A stretch of 64,000 nucleotides of DNA from Atractiella rhizophila. Its lineage: Eukaryota. The notes below the pieces were generated by a model. The model did no database searches and had not been told where the DNA came from. It was given only the letters and a program-made list of their open reading frames with translations. Positions 12,091 through 23,460 of the stretch are shown in pieces; position 1 is the first letter of the stretch; each line of letters begins with the position of its first letter. Both the position numbers and the translations under genes were made by a program. Location of the stretch: NCBI GenBank assembly GCA_021432655.1, contig MU271193.1, positions 106,961 to 170,960 of the forward strand, in the 5' to 3' direction.

Positions 12091-12939
12091 CCAAAGTAAG
12101 TGCATCAATGTTTGAAACGGTAGAACCTCGACAGAGAGAGGTGGATGTGGTCTGAGAGGGCTGGAAGCAATGAATGAATAGCTGTGTCTGTGGACAGCAG
12201 TTGGAGAAAGGGGGACAGAGGTGGCAACGTTTTGCCACTGGCAGCTGCTTATCCTAAATCCAGCGAAACTTGAGGTAAGAACGGACGAACCTTCTTTACT
12301 CATTACTCTCAAATATTTGGAGGTGATTGATGCCTGGTGCAAGGTTGAATTTAAACTAGAGGCAAACAATGTATTAATTTTCCTTTTCCAGAAGGAAAGA
12401 ACGAACGCTAGGCCCAGGCTTGGGCAACTTTTTTGGAGGCGATTGGAAGTACTTGAACATCAACCACTAGAACTATTTTCCTTGAAGATCAAGCAGCATC
12501 TGAGGTGAGCGTTCTGCCCTGTACAGCGCTCTCTTGCCCTGCCTGGATCATTGTTCGGGTCCGATATTCTGATCACAATCTGCGAGATCTGTGAGCGCGC
12601 ACCATCCCCCGCCCTCACTATTCGGTTCTCATATATCATTGCATTGTGCGGCCGCTGAGGAGCAGGAGTTGCTAAACGTCCGGACGCCAACACATCCAAT
12701 CAAGTGTAGCCTAAATCTATCAACACCATCGCCATTCCCTCCGAACGGGTGAACCTACGCTTGTAGTTCCTCGCCCTTTTGATTTCTGTTCCTCAGAACG
12801 ATCGAGATGCAACCGTCCCAGTCTCACCGTGCGACAAGGCTACGCAGTTGTGATAAGACAACAGTACATAGTCTTTATCTTTTCTCATCCATGCCGTCTA
12901 AGATCTGACACTTTGTGGGTTCCACAGGAACCAAATTCG

Positions 12940-14733
12940 ATGGCACTTGTTAATCTCATCACCCCAACAATAGTCAGCGCTTCGTTACACCTGTCCGTTC
13001 TCCCCTCATTTCTATCTTACCTACCTCCTTCAGTTTATCTCCTGAACATCATTTTCGCCTTACCTGTTGATTTCAATCCTGCAACTGTGATCTCTAAAGT
13101 GACCCATTTCTCATTGGAATCTCTCGAAAATGCTGTCCAAGGGGACGAACACGACTGTGTGGCAAATCTCCGTGTCACCTTTAGCTCGGACGATGTAATG
13201 GTAACCTTTGAGGTTAAACGACCTGAATCCGTGGACTCATCTATGCATTCGGACTCATCTATGCATTCGGACTCATCTATGCATTCGGACTCATCTATGC
13301 ATTCGGACTCATCTATGCATTCGGACTCATCTATGCATTCGGACTCATCCGTGGATTCAGACTCGGAAGGTCTCCCATCAGACACAGAACTTTTCACTCG
13401 CAGCTTTCTTGTCCATCCAGAAGATCGCTTAGTGGCCGTCTTCGCTGACATTGTCCTATACTCAGAAGGCGAGGAGTGGGCCGGGCCTGGAACCTCACTC
13501 CTCCCATCTAATCGCCGGAGTGCTGCTACCACCGTCCAAATCTCGCTCCCATCGAGACCGCCGGCTGATCCATGCTGTATCTCACGCCTACCTAAGGAGC
13601 TCCTCTCTCACATTTTCAATTTCCTTTCTACGCAAGAAGTTGGAGACTTTCTCTTCGGACACGACGGCGCCTTCCTTGTCTCAGATGTCTGCCAGCTCTG
13701 GAGGGAGGTTTCAGCTCCTTACTGGCGTGAACCTACTTCTGCCGAGGAGAAGTATGCTCGGTTGACACAGTATCCTTTTGCAGGACGTCTGTGGGAAGAG
13801 ATACGGCTTCAGCAGCCTATGAGCATTACGGTGATGAAAGAACTCATTGCCGGCTCGCCGAATGCTACTGAAGTGTTTGTGGATGCATTTGGGACTGCAG
13901 CGGACGCAAAGGCACTGTTGGAAGCGATTGAAGGCATGACGAGTGTAGAGCAGGTATCGTTTGGGGGCACGGGGGCGAGGAAGTGGAGCAAGGAGGAAGT
14001 GGAGAACTTTGTGCGGAGGATGGGTGGAAGGATCAACAAACTCAAAGCTTACATGGTGGAGGACGGAGCCTCATCATGTGCTCCTTCAGCATCCGCAGGT
14101 CTTGAATTACCTCCTGGCCTCATATCATTATGGCTTCACAAGTACCCGCCACTTGCTTCCCTCTCCCTCCCGCACACTCTCCTAGAATTGACTCTCTCAG
14201 ATATGTGTCCCCTTCCAGACTCCATCTTCCAATCGCTGCCACCTCATATCCAATCTCTTGCAATTGAACTTGCACCATTCTTGGCTCATGGAAATATCTC
14301 CATCCCACCATCTCCCCTCAAGTTATCACATCTTACACAACTTGCCAACCTCTACCTCGACGGAGGCGAGGAAACTTCAAACCTTGTTTCACCCGAGTTC
14401 TTCCAGAGTCTAAAAGAAAATGCAACAGCAATAGAACGTGTAGACCTTCGGTACTGTGTGGTCGAGTGGTCCTATTTTCCAGATTTTATTCACTGGTTCT
14501 TTGGGGATCGTTGGGCCGTGAGGATGCAGAATGGACATGAGGAGCGTACAAAGATTGAGGGATTGATTTTAAACATTGATTTATTCTTTGGAGAGTGGCC
14601 AGAGAGGGCAATTGAGATTGCTAGGATGGCCATGGTTAAGTGTGGGTACACAAGGCCAGGGGTCCAGGATGGGGTGAGCAGTGAGGCAAGATTCGAGGGG
14701 ACTTATGGGAGGAGCGCCGAAGAGGTTGCCTGA
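12940..14733 (+). CDS. F-box protein with RNI/LRR-like C-terminal region
   Basis: Long uninterrupted ORF (12829-14733; first ATG at 12940). F-box motif ISRLPKELLSHIFNFL...VSDVCQLWREV, followed by LxxLxL repeats. Confidence 0.75.
   Translation: MALVNLITPTIVSASLHLSVLPSFLSYLPPSVYLLNIIFALPVDFNPATVISKVTHFSLESLENAVQGDEHDCVANLRVTFSSDDVMVTFEVKRPESVDSSMHSDSSMHSDSSMHSDSSMHSDSSMHSDSSMHSDSSVDSDSEGLPSDTELFTRSFLVHPEDRLVAVFADIVLYSEGEEWAGPGTSLLPSNRRSAATTVQISLPSRPPADPCCISRLPKELLSHIFNFLSTQEVGDFLFGHDGAFLVSDVCQLWREVSAPYWREPTSAEEKYARLTQYPFAGRLWEEIRLQQPMSITVMKELIAGSPNATEVFVDAFGTAADAKALLEAIEGMTSVEQVSFGGTGARKWSKEEVENFVRRMGGRINKLKAYMVEDGASSCAPSASAGLELPPGLISLWLHKYPPLASLSLPHTLLELTLSDMCPLPDSIFQSLPPHIQSLAIELAPFLAHGNISIPPSPLKLSHLTQLANLYLDGGEETSNLVSPEFFQSLKENATAIERVDLRYCVVEWSYFPDFIHWFFGDRWAVRMQNGHEERTKIEGLILNIDLFFGEWPERAIEIARMAMVKCGYTRPGVQDGVSSEARFEGTYGRSAEEVA
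13234..13365 (+). repeat. Coding 18-bp tandem repeat (GACTCATCTATGCATTCG) x6 plus degenerate flank, encoding (DSSMHS)6
   Basis: Read directly from the sequence. Confidence 0.95.
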
Positions 14734-15023
14734 CGGCCAAAGTCTCCTAATGCCCTTTGGGTACCTAGCATAGCATTGAAGGGAGTGTTAGCACATAAAA
14801 CCAACTAGCAAAAGTCAGTCATTGACAAGGAATGACTTGGGTACATGAGCTGGGAACATAGAAACCTGAGCAATGGTCAATTATGTCATCTAACAAGCTT
14901 ACAAGAGAAGACTGAGCGTCACATGCTTCACATTGTTGGAGATTGGTGGATCTCATCTGTTTGTTTCATTTGCCTCGTGCCCTGGATGCTATGCCAAACA
15001 TATGCACTTCCTGACTTATAAGT

Positions 15024-15511
15024 TGTTAGGGCTAACACTGTGTGGTTGCTGACGGGTGATGCGTCTGTAGTGGAGGTAAACCTAAGCGAATAGAATGGCA
15101 TGAGAAGACTAACCTGTAGTGGAGGTAAACCTAAGAGAATACTCTAAGGTCACCACCACTACATCGCGATGTATATATACATATGTAAAGGCACTACCAT
15201 AAACTGTAACATATATTTCTTGAAACAGTAAGATAATTAGAACAGGAAAGCAATAAAGGGAATACTTGGAAATAAGATATACTGAGCTGTACTAGTGAAA
15301 AAGTATAATAAGGCGAAAATGGGAACGGTGCAGACCAGCGATATATGTACGGTTTACTGAGTGGCGATTTGTGTGAGGAAGGGGAAAGCGGCTGATAGCA
15401 CAGGTATGAGCAAAGCGGCGATGGGTGAGCATGTGATCTCATGACGTAGTAAGGTAGGTCGCGCAACTTCAGATGGTGCATTTTTGGTAATGCGTAGGGG
15501 CAAGCCTGACA
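15024..15511 (-). mobile_element. Solo LTR, modular family type A
   Basis: TGTTAGGG...CCTGACA ends; perfect 5-bp TSD TAAGT; inserted in the Copia A LTR. Confidence 0.9.
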
Positions 15512-15814
15512 TAAGTGTGGCTCCATGGGTTTTCTTCTTTTTTTTCCCCAATCATATAACCATTTATATCATTTGCACTCACTGATAAGTGATTGGGGAC
15601 TGTTAGTACAAAGGGATAAGAAATCAACTTCTCACTTGGTAGCCAGAGACTAGATCCATCGAGACGGTCTATGGAAGTGGCTCCGTCCTGACAGAATAAG
15701 CAAGGACAAGAACTAACTGAGTGATCATCCAGTTTGGCTATAGAAGGAAGCACCATGCCTACAGGAGCTATGTCTGGAAGACAGGATCATTTGATATGAG
15801 AGTTTCCACACCAG

Positions 15815-16253
15815 TGTTAGGCTGACACTATATACAGTCGCCGATGGGCGATGCATCTTTGGTGGAGATAAACCTAAGATCATAATATGATATCAGAAGA
15901 CTAACCTCTAGTGGAGATAAACCTAAGAGAATACTCTGGATCACCTCCACTGCTCTCCAATCTATATACAAGCGGAATAACACTCCACAAAGTGTAGAAC
16001 AGAGTAGATGAGCCATGTAATAGAACCAAAAGGGGAAAGTAACAGTGGGATTACGTGGGGTTGATAAGAGGAGAATAGAGACAATTGGGCTAAGTAGTGA
16101 TGTGAACGCAAATGGAAGAAAGGGCGACTGGGCCTTAATTTGCACTATTTGCAAATGGGCGAAAGGGAGATGCAGAGTGGTGACGGGAGCCAATTCACAT
16201 AGAATGCAAACTGATGAACAGACACTGATTTGCATTAAGATGCAAACCTGACA
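15815..16253 (-). mobile_element. Solo LTR, modular family type B
   Basis: TGTTAGG...AACCTGACA ends; perfect TSD ACCAG; inserted in Copia A gag. Confidence 0.9.
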
Positions 16254-17955
16254 ACCAGGAACCAAAAATGCACCACTGTGGCCCAGACCAACATTGACAG
16301 TACCTTATTGTTTCCTCATCAGCAAAAGTGCCTTCAGAAATCGATATGCCTATAACATCACTCCAGATCATCCTCACGACAAGAAGATCCCCCCACTCAC
16401 TTTACAGAACTACATACGCTTCTCCAGATCACTGAAGTCCATCCTCAATGCAAACAATGTTGGCATACTGCTGGATGGTGTCATAACTGAGCCGATAAGC
16501 CTGCTATTAGCAAGGGCTGACAGTGATCCAGATGCAAGAAAACATGGTGAACAGATTCACACCCAAGATGAAAACTCCATCGGATGAAGACAACACTGAG
16601 TTTGTTTGTACACTCTTATATTAAGGAGCAGTTAGAGTACTCATTGGAGACCAGGTGGACCATATCAAGGCTGTAGAGACCTCAAGGAGAAATACGAAAC
16701 AAAGGAATACACAGACATGGCATATCTTCTTTGACAATTCTCGAGCTATACCTATGAATCAAGCGAACTCTGCCTGACCAAATGGATTGCGAAGTTGTAT
16801 GAGAAAAAGGAACCCCTTTAACGAGTTGCAAGATGACCTCACCATCAACAACACCTTGCTATCATATACCGTCGTAAATGGCTTGAAGGATGAAACCAGA
16901 AGATGGCTGTCATCCACAGAGGTGGATCCAGCAGACTTAGCATCCATTCTCATAGGTTCAGGGCAGAGGAAATAGCTCTGAAGAACAGGGAGGAGAGAAA
17001 ATAGATGAAAGAATGAATGTTACGCTCCTGATAAGGATGGGGAAGGATGGATCCATTCATGTCTCAATTAGCAATCTTGCATCAAAATTTCCCACTCAGA
17101 ACAAGCTTAAAGTCTATGGTGGTCAACCACAGAGGAAACAAGAGGAGGGCCAAGTGAATACAATGGACTTTGATCAATTGAATTACCCCGAATGGAAGGT
17201 CCATCAAGAATTGGGGGAAATGGCCTCACAGAACCATAGAAGGAGAAGAGTTCAGATTGGATCCTCATCAATGCTACCACTGTGGAACGAAGGGGCATTA
17301 TGACTGGAACTGCAGTCTAAAGCAGCAAATGGCATGTCTTGCTGCTATATTCAGGAAATACAAGGTTAACATTCTTCAACATGAAGCAGCTGCATTCATC
17401 GCAGCAGCCACTGATGAGCAACTCTCAATCCACTCTGTGCATCAGACACAGATCTGTCTACCAGTAGACCGTACTCAGAGCAACTCGGAGTAGTGTCTGC
17501 ATACGAACTGACAAGCAAGCATATCTCATTGGGTTAGATGAGGACAGTGGATTGGAACCTTTAGACTTTGGAGTATACCTGGTATCTCTGGAAGATGAAG
17601 GATCATACTCATTGGAAGAGAAAGTGGCTATGCAAAATGAAGAGGGTATAATCTTGATGGCCAATGTAAGAGAGGAGGGTTTAGAAGAGAAGTACAGTGT
17701 TGATTCATCTGCTATGGCTTCTACATGATTACAAGGTTCTGAAAAACCACTTGGAATACATGGAGCCTGGAAGTGAAGAAGACCAGCCATAGGAAAAAGA
17801 GACCTCAAGATTGCATTTACCCTTGAGGACAGGGAGAAGAGTACAGGTGTTATCTGGAATGTTTACTACGCTTTAGAACTGGGTATCAATCTTATCTCCT
17901 TAAAAGTTCTCATGCCAGCAGGAGTAGTTTTCAGAAACAACACTGAGTGGGTCTA

Positions 17956-18040
17956 TGGTCAGGGCTGACACCATGTATGGTCACTGATGGCAATGGGTCT
18001 GTAGTGGGAACAAACATAAGAAAATATTCTAGGGTCACCT
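17956..18040 (-). mobile_element. Truncated LTR fragment of the modular family
   Basis: agggctgacaccatg...tctgtagtgg...agggtcacc matches the family's shared end. Confidence 0.65.
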
Positions 18041-18477
18041 TGTCAGGCTTGCTCCTACACATTATTGAAATACACTAGCTTCGGTCATGTGACCGACTTT
18101 CCTACTTTGCAGGTCTGCCCTTCTACAAATCACCACTTTGCCTCTTCCTGTGCTATCTGCCACTTTGCGTCTTTACGTACAGATCACCGGTTAGTAAACC
18201 CATTCATTTTACCGGTCTACATCATCACCATTTCCATCTTAACACCCTTTCATATTTTTCCTCTTATTATAACTTATATCCGATTATTTCCTCTGTTGCC
18301 TTCCCGATTTAGTCACTCTACATGTTTCATAGGAGATCCTTTACAGTTCATGGAAGTACGCCTTATATGTGTATATAAATTGAGATGTAATGGTGATGAC
18401 CTTAGAGTATTCTCTTAGGTTTATCTCCACTACAGATACATCGCCATCAGTGACCATACATAAAGTCTGCCCTAACA
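18041..18477 (+). mobile_element. LTR of the modular family, divergent variant (type C), no TSD
   Basis: TGTCAGGC...CCCTAACA ends; carries the shared module gaccttagagtattctcttaggtttatctccactacag once; the flanks differ. Confidence 0.8.
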
Positions 18478-18727
18478 GGTGAAGTTGAAAGATACAAGTT
18501 CAGTGATCCAGTATGATTGTCGCCGATTTAACTTTTGTGGCATGCTGAAATCTCAAGGTTTTCCTGATCTGTTATTATAAGAAATGCTTCATCAGTACCT
18601 TGAAGGAGTGTCTTCATTCCTGTAGTCTACACATAATCGCAAGCATCTCTTTATCATAGGTGTCATCGTTACTCTGAGCGGCATCGAGTGATTGTGACAC
18701 AAAACTAAGAGGGTAAAACTTGCCATC
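18478..18727 (-). mobile_element. Ty3/Gypsy pol remnant (RNase H), 3' part of the element split by Copia B
   Basis: DGKFYPLSFVSQSLDAAQSN..YDKEMLAI...IITD; joins in frame to the remnant at 42775-43228. Confidence 0.8.
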
Positions 18728-19080
18728 GGTTAGAGAGGGCGTGGAGATATGAAGCGTGTTGAGGTGTTTGCCGCACGTTCCGATGCAGACGTAAACATGT
18801 GGCACTTCACTGCAAGTCTGGTCTTATAACGAGGCACCTGGGAATCCATTTTTTCTTTCCCCAATCACATCATAATACATTTCATTGTGGTCACTTCTGT
18901 GTGATTGGGTGGTAGTGAGAGCTTGATTACGGTCTGTGAACATCATACGAAATGGCAACAGGAGGGAGCACAACACCAACGGGTGTTATGTCTGGAAGAA
19001 GAGATCCGTTTGGGTCAGGAATATCAATACCCGGAACAGTGGACATCCCACTACTCACAGCTTTGATTGTGCCATACTCC

Positions 19081-19505
19081 TGTCAGGTTTGCATCTTACG
19101 CAAATCGCCGCCCGTTCGCCGGATTGCGTCTCCCGTCGCCGATTTGCACGCAGGCCTATTTGCACGCAGGCCTATTGGCACGCAGTGTAAATCGGCGCCC
19201 GTTCGCCCATTTGCGCCCACATCACCACTTAGCTCATTTATATCTATTCTCCTCTTATTAACTCCGCGTAATCCCACTGTCACTTCCCCCTTTTAGTTCT
19301 CTTACACATTTCATCTCCTCTCCTCTACACTCCGTGGCAGTGCTATTCCGCTTGTATATATAGATCAGAGAGTAGTGGAGGTGACCTTAGAGTATTCTCT
19401 TAGGTTTATCTCCACTACAGGTTAGTCTTTATGTCATGCTCTTAGGTTTATCTCCACTACAGACGCATCGCCCGTCAGCAACTGCACATAGTGTTTGCCC
19501 TAACA
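19081..19505 (+). mobile_element. Solo LTR, modular family type B
   Basis: TGTCAGGTTTG...CCCTAACA ends; perfect TSD ACTCC. Confidence 0.92.
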
Positions 19506-22500
19506 ACTCCATGTCACCTCAGCAAAAGTAGCATCCGAAATCAACATTCCAACAGGATCTATTCAGACGATCATCGCGAATGAGAAGATCCCCCCACTTA
19601 CTCTCCAAAACTCAACCAGGTTCTTTTGCTCCCTGAGGTCTATCCTCGACGTGAATGATGTCGGAATACTCTTGGATGGACGGAACCAGTCAGCCCAATG
19701 TCTGAGGAGGCGCTGATGGTGACGCAGATGCAAGAGATAATGGCAAGAGGAAGAACCCCAAAGATGAAAACACCAACAGATGAGGAGAATACTGCCTTCA
19801 TCAGAGCCCTGTCAAACTGAAGGAGTATGGCAGCGATCACGATGATGCTGTTGAGGCAATCAGTGGGGGATATGGCTAGGGTATTCATTGAGGATCAGGC
19901 TGATCCGGTGAAGGCAGTAAAAATCCTGAAAGACAAATACGGGACGAAGGAATTCACAATACTGTGCACCTCCTACGCCAATTCACGAACTACACTCATG
20001 AGTTGAGTGACCTTGGTCTTTCCGAGTGGATTGTGAAGTAGCACAAACGAAGGAGAATATTCAACGAGTCGCAAGACGAGTTTATGATTAGCAACATCCT
20101 CCTCTCCTATATCCTCATAAACAGTCTGCGAGAAGACACCAGGCAGTGATTATCCTCGATGGGAGTAAACCAGTACGACCTCACATCTGTGGTGAATAGG
20201 TTGACAGCAGAGGAGATGGTGTTGAGGAACAGGGAGGAGGATCATTCCGGAGGAAAAGAAATTGCGTGCATCTCACGGATTTCTTCGCAGCCACACCAAA
20301 GCCCCAATGCTGAAGGGAAGAGGAAAGACAACAACGACATTTGATCAACAGGATTGCTCCAAATGCCAGGTCGATCAAAACTGTGGAAACTGGCCACGTG
20401 GAACAGCTGAGAGGGGACAGTTTCGGCTGGGACCTCGACAGTGTTACCACTATGGAAAGGATGGGCACTACGGTCGAAATTGCAACCTAAACCAGACGCA
20501 GCAGACAGCCTCCCTTCTCACCATTTTCAAACAATTCGACATCGAGATCCGCTGAAACGATCTTCACGTTCTCATCGCCACTGTTGCAGACGAGCAGCAT
20601 GCAAACCCGATAGGTGCTACTGACAATGATCCCTCTATTGGGAAACAGTACAACGAACAAGTCGGTGTAGTTTCAAATCAGGAGCAGTCCATAGGGGTGT
20701 ACTTAATAGAGGCTGATGAAGAGGATGGATTGCATACGGTTGATTTCGGGGCGTATATGACAATCTCGAATTGGAGCCTGCTGGCTCAGAGGAAATTCTC
20801 AATCTAGTACCAGAACAGGACGGCTTCGTATTAATGGCAAACACGGACAATGCTGAGCAAATTGGAGGAACGGCGCGACAATTTCGGGATAGTTTTTGAT
20901 GCTGAATGTCAGTAAGGATAAATGTTAAAGTGATACAATGCGAAATGTCAAATTTATCACTCCAGATGAATGAAAAATGTCGGACTGCCAATGAATGTCA
21001 CCTCAGACCGCCTTCCCAAAGTTCATGTTCACATCCTCCTCTTACACTCCTAGGATCTCACATACAATATGGCTGATCAAATACAGAGCAGCTGCTCCCG
21101 AGACATGAGGACATCTACTCCTCGTGTGGCCAACAAGGCGTACAACGATCTTCAATGCCTTCTTGGCTCAGCAGCTCCCTTGCCATCCCTGCCTCCATCA
21201 TGGCCACACCAGCTGACATCTCTGCCAGTCCTCAAGAGGATAATAGGCTTCTTGGTGCTCCTAAACCCATTGATCTTCTTGGGCCTAACATCAAGTGGCA
21301 GAAAACAGTTCATCCAGCTTCCTGACTCTTCTCCTGTACTCCTACCTCCTCCCATGATCCCCTGCTGGATACTGCAGGTCTTACAATCGTCAACAACTCG
21401 AACCAAGCCCTTCCAGAGAATTAGGAACCATCAACAGCGCTGTCCATGCCTCCCATGCTTACATTAACTAGCCGACCAGCTTTCCTCGAGCCAGCGCTTC
21501 TGCCTTCAAATGTAACTCCTGAGGCTCAGAAAGACAGGAATATTACAGACTGTCTGAGTATTGATGGAATGGGAGGGGTGCAAATGGATATGGGGACCAG
21601 CGCCATCCTGATGGCATGGATCAGGTGGAAGGAAGGCAAGCTCTCTGGGGAGAAATTCCTGCATATTGGCATACAATTCGCTTAGGAGAGGTTACATGCA
21701 TGAGAATTGATGATCACACCTATGTCTTGGAGCATTGGGAAAGCAGGGAGCGCTCTTTTGGTGCTTCGTAATTGTCATATGGGTTCTGAGGCGAATTCTG
21801 CTTTAGCCTGGGAGATTCAAGCATATATGTCTTGTTCGTAATACCGGTTATGAACTACCTTAACATCCTATGCCTGCGATTGTGAGAAAAGAAGTAAGAG
21901 CACCAAATGCATCCATGGAGAGGTTGTTAAGAGCTATATACATGAGCTTGAGTTGCTTCATCCTACCCTGACATTGCCCCTGTATAAGCTCCTTTCTTGT
22001 CTGTTTTAGCTTTGCCTGCTAACCAACCTCAATCTCAAGTAAATCCAGATGCCATCATCATCAAACCAGAATATCTTGGATTACTTTACCGGTTTTCTGT
22101 CCGAAGTGCCTCGCACTATGGATCCTTAGATGGGAAGAGGACAATTGTGCAGTACCTAGGCTGTGACAACTGAAGTGCAAGAAGGCCACCGCAGGAACAG
22201 AGAACCTTGTGTACATGCTCTCAGGGCCAAAGAGTATATGAAACACGTTTTTGATGTTGAACTCCGAGCAGAGGAACACGATGCTGAATACATACATGGT
22301 ATTTCTTTTCTTGATCATAGAACTGCACCGTTATTAATCAAGCACATTGGATGAACCAGAAGTCCAACTTCTAGAGGCCCCTGAGAGCAGACACAAGCCC
22401 TCTGACAGCCCATTTCGTTCAAATCAATCCCTCCTCCCTTCTGGTGCCGACTGCCATCAGACAAAATCTCTCCTATTCCTCCTACTCGAGCGCATGAGTT

Positions 22501-22973
22501 TCCAAAAGAACTCTACTTGGAGGAGCTAGCACGGTGCTCGGTGCTCAGGCTGCTTCTCGCAAACACTGGATTCAACTCATCCAACATGTTTTGAGGAGAA
22601 TGCGTAGGTCTTCACGTCTCAATTCTCCATCAAATGCCGAGCTGGGAAACAAGCCTGTGGCACATGTTCATCAAATTCAGTATGATATATCGGACCAGAT
22701 TATAGCTCATTAGGAATCCTCAACTGGAAAAATAAATTTCTATTCACTCACGAGCCGCTGAACGAGTACACCAATCAGATGGTCCAGTCTGAAACCACTG
22801 ACCGCCTTCATTGAGACAACACACCGTCAATACATTTCTGCCTTATCTTCTTGCGAATTCATCTGCAAGAGCTTCTTCCTCGATGTTTGGTTCAGCTTTA
22901 TATGCCTTTAAAACCTCACTATAGCAATGTCTTGTCCAAATGTGGACCAGCACCAGCCATCGTTATCGCTGAT

Positions 22974-23460
22974 TGTGAGGCTTGCCCCTACACATTACCG
23001 AAATGCACCATCTGAAGTCACGTGATCTACTTTACCACGTCATGAGATCACGTGCTCACCCATCGCCGCTTTGCTCCTACCCGCGCTGTCAGCCACTTTC
23101 CCCTTCCTCACACGAATCGCCGCTCAGTAAACCGTACACATTTCGGTCTGCACCGTTCCCATTTTCGCCTTATTATACTTTGTCACTAGTACCGCTCAGT
23201 ATATCTTATTTCCGAGTATTCCCTGTATTGCTTTCCTGTTCTAGTTATCTTACGTGTTTCAAGAAACATATGTCACAGTTTATGGCAGTGCCTTTACATA
23301 TGTATATATACATTGAGATGTAGTGGTGGTGACCTTAGAGTATTCTCTTAGCTTTACCTCCACTACAGGTTAGTCTTCTCATGCCATACTATTCTCTTAG
23401 GTTTACCTCTACTACAGACGCATCACCCATCAGTGACCGCACATAGTGTTTGCCCTAACA
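22974..23460 (+). mobile_element. LTR, modular family type A
   Basis: TGTGAGGCTTGCCCC...CCCTAACA ends; alignable to 15024-15511. Confidence 0.88.

Larger units (their letters stand above)
14934..17955 (+). mobile_element. Decayed Ty1/Copia element A: 5' LTR (14934-15636, interrupted), PBS and gag/protease remnant, 3'-truncated
   Basis: The LTR starts TGTTGG and is related to 42563-42774. PBS-like TGGTAGCCAGAG at 15637. Zinc knuckle CYHCGTKGHYDWNC at about 17272. Collinear with Copia B gag; many stop codons. Confidence 0.75.

Noticed and set aside
7668..12130. Helitron or Starship capture as the cause of the mosaic duplication
   Set aside because: No TC...CTRR ends with hairpin, no tyrosine recombinase and no TSD were seen; the junction shows microhomology instead.
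15064..15135. CTGTAGTGGAG(G/A)TAAACCTAAG direct repeats with a short spacer as a repeat-spacer array
   Set aside because: At most two units occur per locus, with a homologous spacer; this is an internal LTR duplication.
15194..15526. Recurring small ORFs ending ...DLRVFS or similar (also 22982, 35272, 41066, 37781) as a gene family
   Set aside because: They are translations of LTR sequence, with starts and frames that vary between copies.
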